Shown here: positions 61,111 through 64,000 of the stretch, one piece after another
Position numbering within the stretch: position 1 is the first letter of the stretch
Layout of the letters: each line of letters begins with the position of its first letter
Assembly (NCBI RefSeq): GCF_006345805.1
Contig: NC_043004.1
Location: 37,944,001 to 38,008,000 of the forward strand
Direction: 5' to 3'
DNA: 64,000 nucleotides
Origin: Octopus sinensis
Lineage: Eukaryota
Notes under the pieces: model-generated
Databases searched by the model: none
What the model was told of the DNA's origin: nothing
Seen by the model: the letters and a program-made list of their open reading frames with translations, nothing else
Position numbers and translations under genes: made by a program

Positions 61111-61700
61111 TATAAGGAAGATCTGAAAAAAATACTAATAAAACTGTTGTGATGAATCTGTTCTCAGAAAGGTTTTTTTTATTTCTTTTACCAATGTGAG
61201 TCACTGGTAATAGAATAAAATGAAACTTTAACTCTGATATCTTTTCCTGCATTTTGTGAAACACTGCGTTGTCACTCGACCTTCAAAACATAACAGCTAA
61301 ATATCTTTCAAAGAAAAGCCGCTTCTTCTCAAATGTATGCTACACTGAACATACATATAAATATATGCTATGTCACGGTTTGAATGCCTTTGATAACAAG
61401 TCTTCATAATCACGTCACTGCAGAGAGGTAATCAGCAAATATTGTTCTCTCATGAACGTCTATTCGTCCTCTGCATGACTGTTCGATCCGTTGTAAATAA
61501 CAGTCAAATTCCTTTACATTTCAATCCCACCGGACACAATAATTATGTAATCCAAATATCTGCGAAAAGTGAGGGTGTTCATGGTCAGAACTCTTTTGAT
61601 CATGTATAAGTCTGTTGGAGCTGAACTGGAACGAACAGGATCCCCCCCTCTCTCTCTCTTTCTCAAATATATTCGCATGCATACAACATGCTTAGAAATA

Positions 61701-61914
61701 TTCTTTTCTACTCTAGACACAAGGCCCGAAATTTTGGGGGAGGGGGACAGTCGATTAGATTGACCCCAGTACGCAACTAGTGCTTAATTTATCGACCCCG
61801 AAAGGATAACAGGCATAGTCGACCTTGGCGGAATTTGAAATTAGAACGTAAAGACAGACGAAATATCACTAAGCATTTCGCCCGGCGTGCTAACGTTTCT
61901 GTCAGTTCGCCGCC
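61701..61914 (-). mobile_element. SINE family A, alternative 3' end
   Basis: Family A head and body in reverse, with tail AATTTCGGGCCTTGTGTCTAGAGTAGAAAAGAA. Confidence 0.85.
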
Positions 61915-62647
61915 GAAATATGCTTACAAATATTACAAACATACCTCCATGTATATGCATGTATACGTATATCGATCTGCCTTCGACCTTTTCTATCCTT
62001 AAGGCTTTTTACAACCCAATATTTACATGCTATTCTTCATAGCTGTATATGATACATACATACATATATACATACATACATACATACATACATACATACA
62101 TACATACATACATACATACATACATACATACATACATAGATACATGCATACATGCATACATATATACATACATATATACATACATACATATATGCATACA
62201 TACATACATACATACATGATATTTCATTATATAAGTGAATTGTTTGAGAGTCTGACTACTGTAGCAATATTCTGAAAAACTATCGAGCTATGACAAGGGT
62301 CACCAAACTTTTTTCACGGTGGGCCTGATAACCGAGAGAATGGCGAACGCGGGCCGCGTAACCATTTTCTTTAATACAATACAGTGAACACACAAAAAAT
62401 AAAGATAACTAACATTTATTTGCCAAAAAGTTATCAAAGAAGGCGACGTTAGCAATAAGATAGTTATAGCATATCAAGCGCGGACATATACGAATCTCAC
62501 AAACTAAGCAGTCAAAAAGGTTAGTGATATTTGTGAAATTGGTGTTTAGCTTTTAAGATATAAATGCTTTGGAATTACTGCATACAACCAGGAGAATCGC
62601 TTTCAAATGTTCATAAGTCAACCTCGTTCGATGTGCTGACTTCACAT

Positions 62648-63056
62648 TACTCTTACTCTTTTTACTCTTTTACTTGTTTCAGTCATTTGACTGCGGCCAT
62701 GCTGGAGCACCGCATTTAGTCGAGCAAATCAACCCCGGGACTTATTCTTTGTAAGCCCAGTACTTATTCTATCGGTCTCTTTTGCCGAACTGCTAAGTGA
62801 CAGGGACGTAAACACACCAGCATCGGTTGTCAAGCAATGCTAGGGGGACAAACACAGACACACAAACATATACACACATACATATATATACATATATACG
62901 ACAAACTTCTTTCGGTTTCCATCTACCAAATCCACTCGCAAGGCTTTGGTTGGCCCAAGGCTATAGTAGAAGACACTTGCCCAAGGTGCCACGCTGTGGG
63001 ACTGAACCCAGAAACATGTAGTTCGTAAGCAAGCTACTTACCACACAGCCACTCCT
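62648..63056 (-). mobile_element. Full-length SINE family B
   Basis: Reverse complement of 47821-48210. Confidence 0.9.
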
Positions 63057-63440
63057 AAAAATTTATTAAAATTTAATCAAATAGTTATTAAAATTATCCC
63101 ATTAAGCATATTATTTCGTGCGCTTACCACAATTATTGGTGAAGTGAACGCAATTTGTTGGCGACTACCCAACAAACGCCTCAACTACATTCGTACAATT
63201 AAACGAGTTAACTTGGTATTAGATGCATAGCAAACGAAACTGAGACTGATCGACTATTTGAACTGAACGAAATGGGTACTTAACATTTCTCACTTAGCAA
63301 TAACGTTTAATGACTTACATTTTAAAATGCTCCACTTGCTGGAGAATGAAGTAATAAATACTCTAGATATATACAAGGCAATATGCAATTTTGACTTGTC
63401 ACGGCGTTCAATATTTCAAACAATGTCAGGCTTTGAGACT

Positions 63441-63620
63441 GTAGAATAGTTAGCACTCCAGGAAAAAAAAATGCTTAGCGGCATTTCGTCCGTCTTTACG
63501 ATCTGAATTCAAATTCCGGTATCGATAAAATAAGCATCAGTTATGCACTGGGGTTGATGTAATCGATTTATCCCCTCCCCGAAATTTACTGGTCTTGTGC
63601 CAAAAACATTTGAAACCAAT
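63441..63620 (+). mobile_element. Internally deleted SINE family A
   Basis: Family A head and alternative tail with the centre missing. Confidence 0.7.
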
Positions 63621-64000
63621 ATTGTTAACAATATTGGTTAATTTTCAATAAGAATGAATCCATGTATACTTAAACAACGAGGAACAATTCTATATATTAG
63701 TAGATATTAAATTGGTATTTTAAAATTGTGATAGATATTTCATTTAATAATAAACTAATATAAACGTGTTGTTCTTTTGTATACAGACATATTTTGCATA
63801 ATGAAAATACTTATAAAAATCGAAAGATCTGACTATTTGTTTTAATTCTTCTATTACATACGTCCTTACGCAAACATACATAAATTTGAATTTAAAAAAT
63901 TAAAATCCATTCTATAACTACTTATGGTGAACTCAACCTACCGAAGTTCTTAAAATTTGTGTCTTTCTACTGTAAAGTTTCCTTTTATTTTTCATTGCTT

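Overview
AT-rich, repeat-saturated non-coding window from an animal genome. The SINE families, microsatellite load and retroelement types suggest an octopod cephalopod (inference, not verified). No host protein-coding gene, tRNA, rRNA or CRISPR array is supported, and nearly all long ORFs in the track are microsatellite translations. It contains several tRNA-derived SINE families, a near-complete CR1-clade LINE ORF2 (about 21.0-24.1 kb), and remnants of RTE, R4/Dong-like (RLE) and Penelope-like (PLE) retroelements. It also carries Tc1/mariner remnants, hAT-like and Merlin-like MITEs, and a 100-N gap. The most notable signal is a set of type I hammerhead ribozyme (HHR) motifs. (1) A tandem array of about 360-bp units at 10.24-11.18 kb has a minimal HHR with a compensatory U3-A8 core in each complete unit, which is the layout of a non-LTR retrozyme, nested inside a SINE's internal microsatellite. 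(2) A canonical-core HHR with an unusually large branched stem II lies next to a PLE remnant and is mirrored by a 90-bp antisense arm (27.3-27.6 kb). (3) A G3/U8 variant lies 3' of a GIY-YIG remnant (60.5 kb), and several decayed motifs occur elsewhere. All alignments, folds and family names were made by eye, with no searches run.
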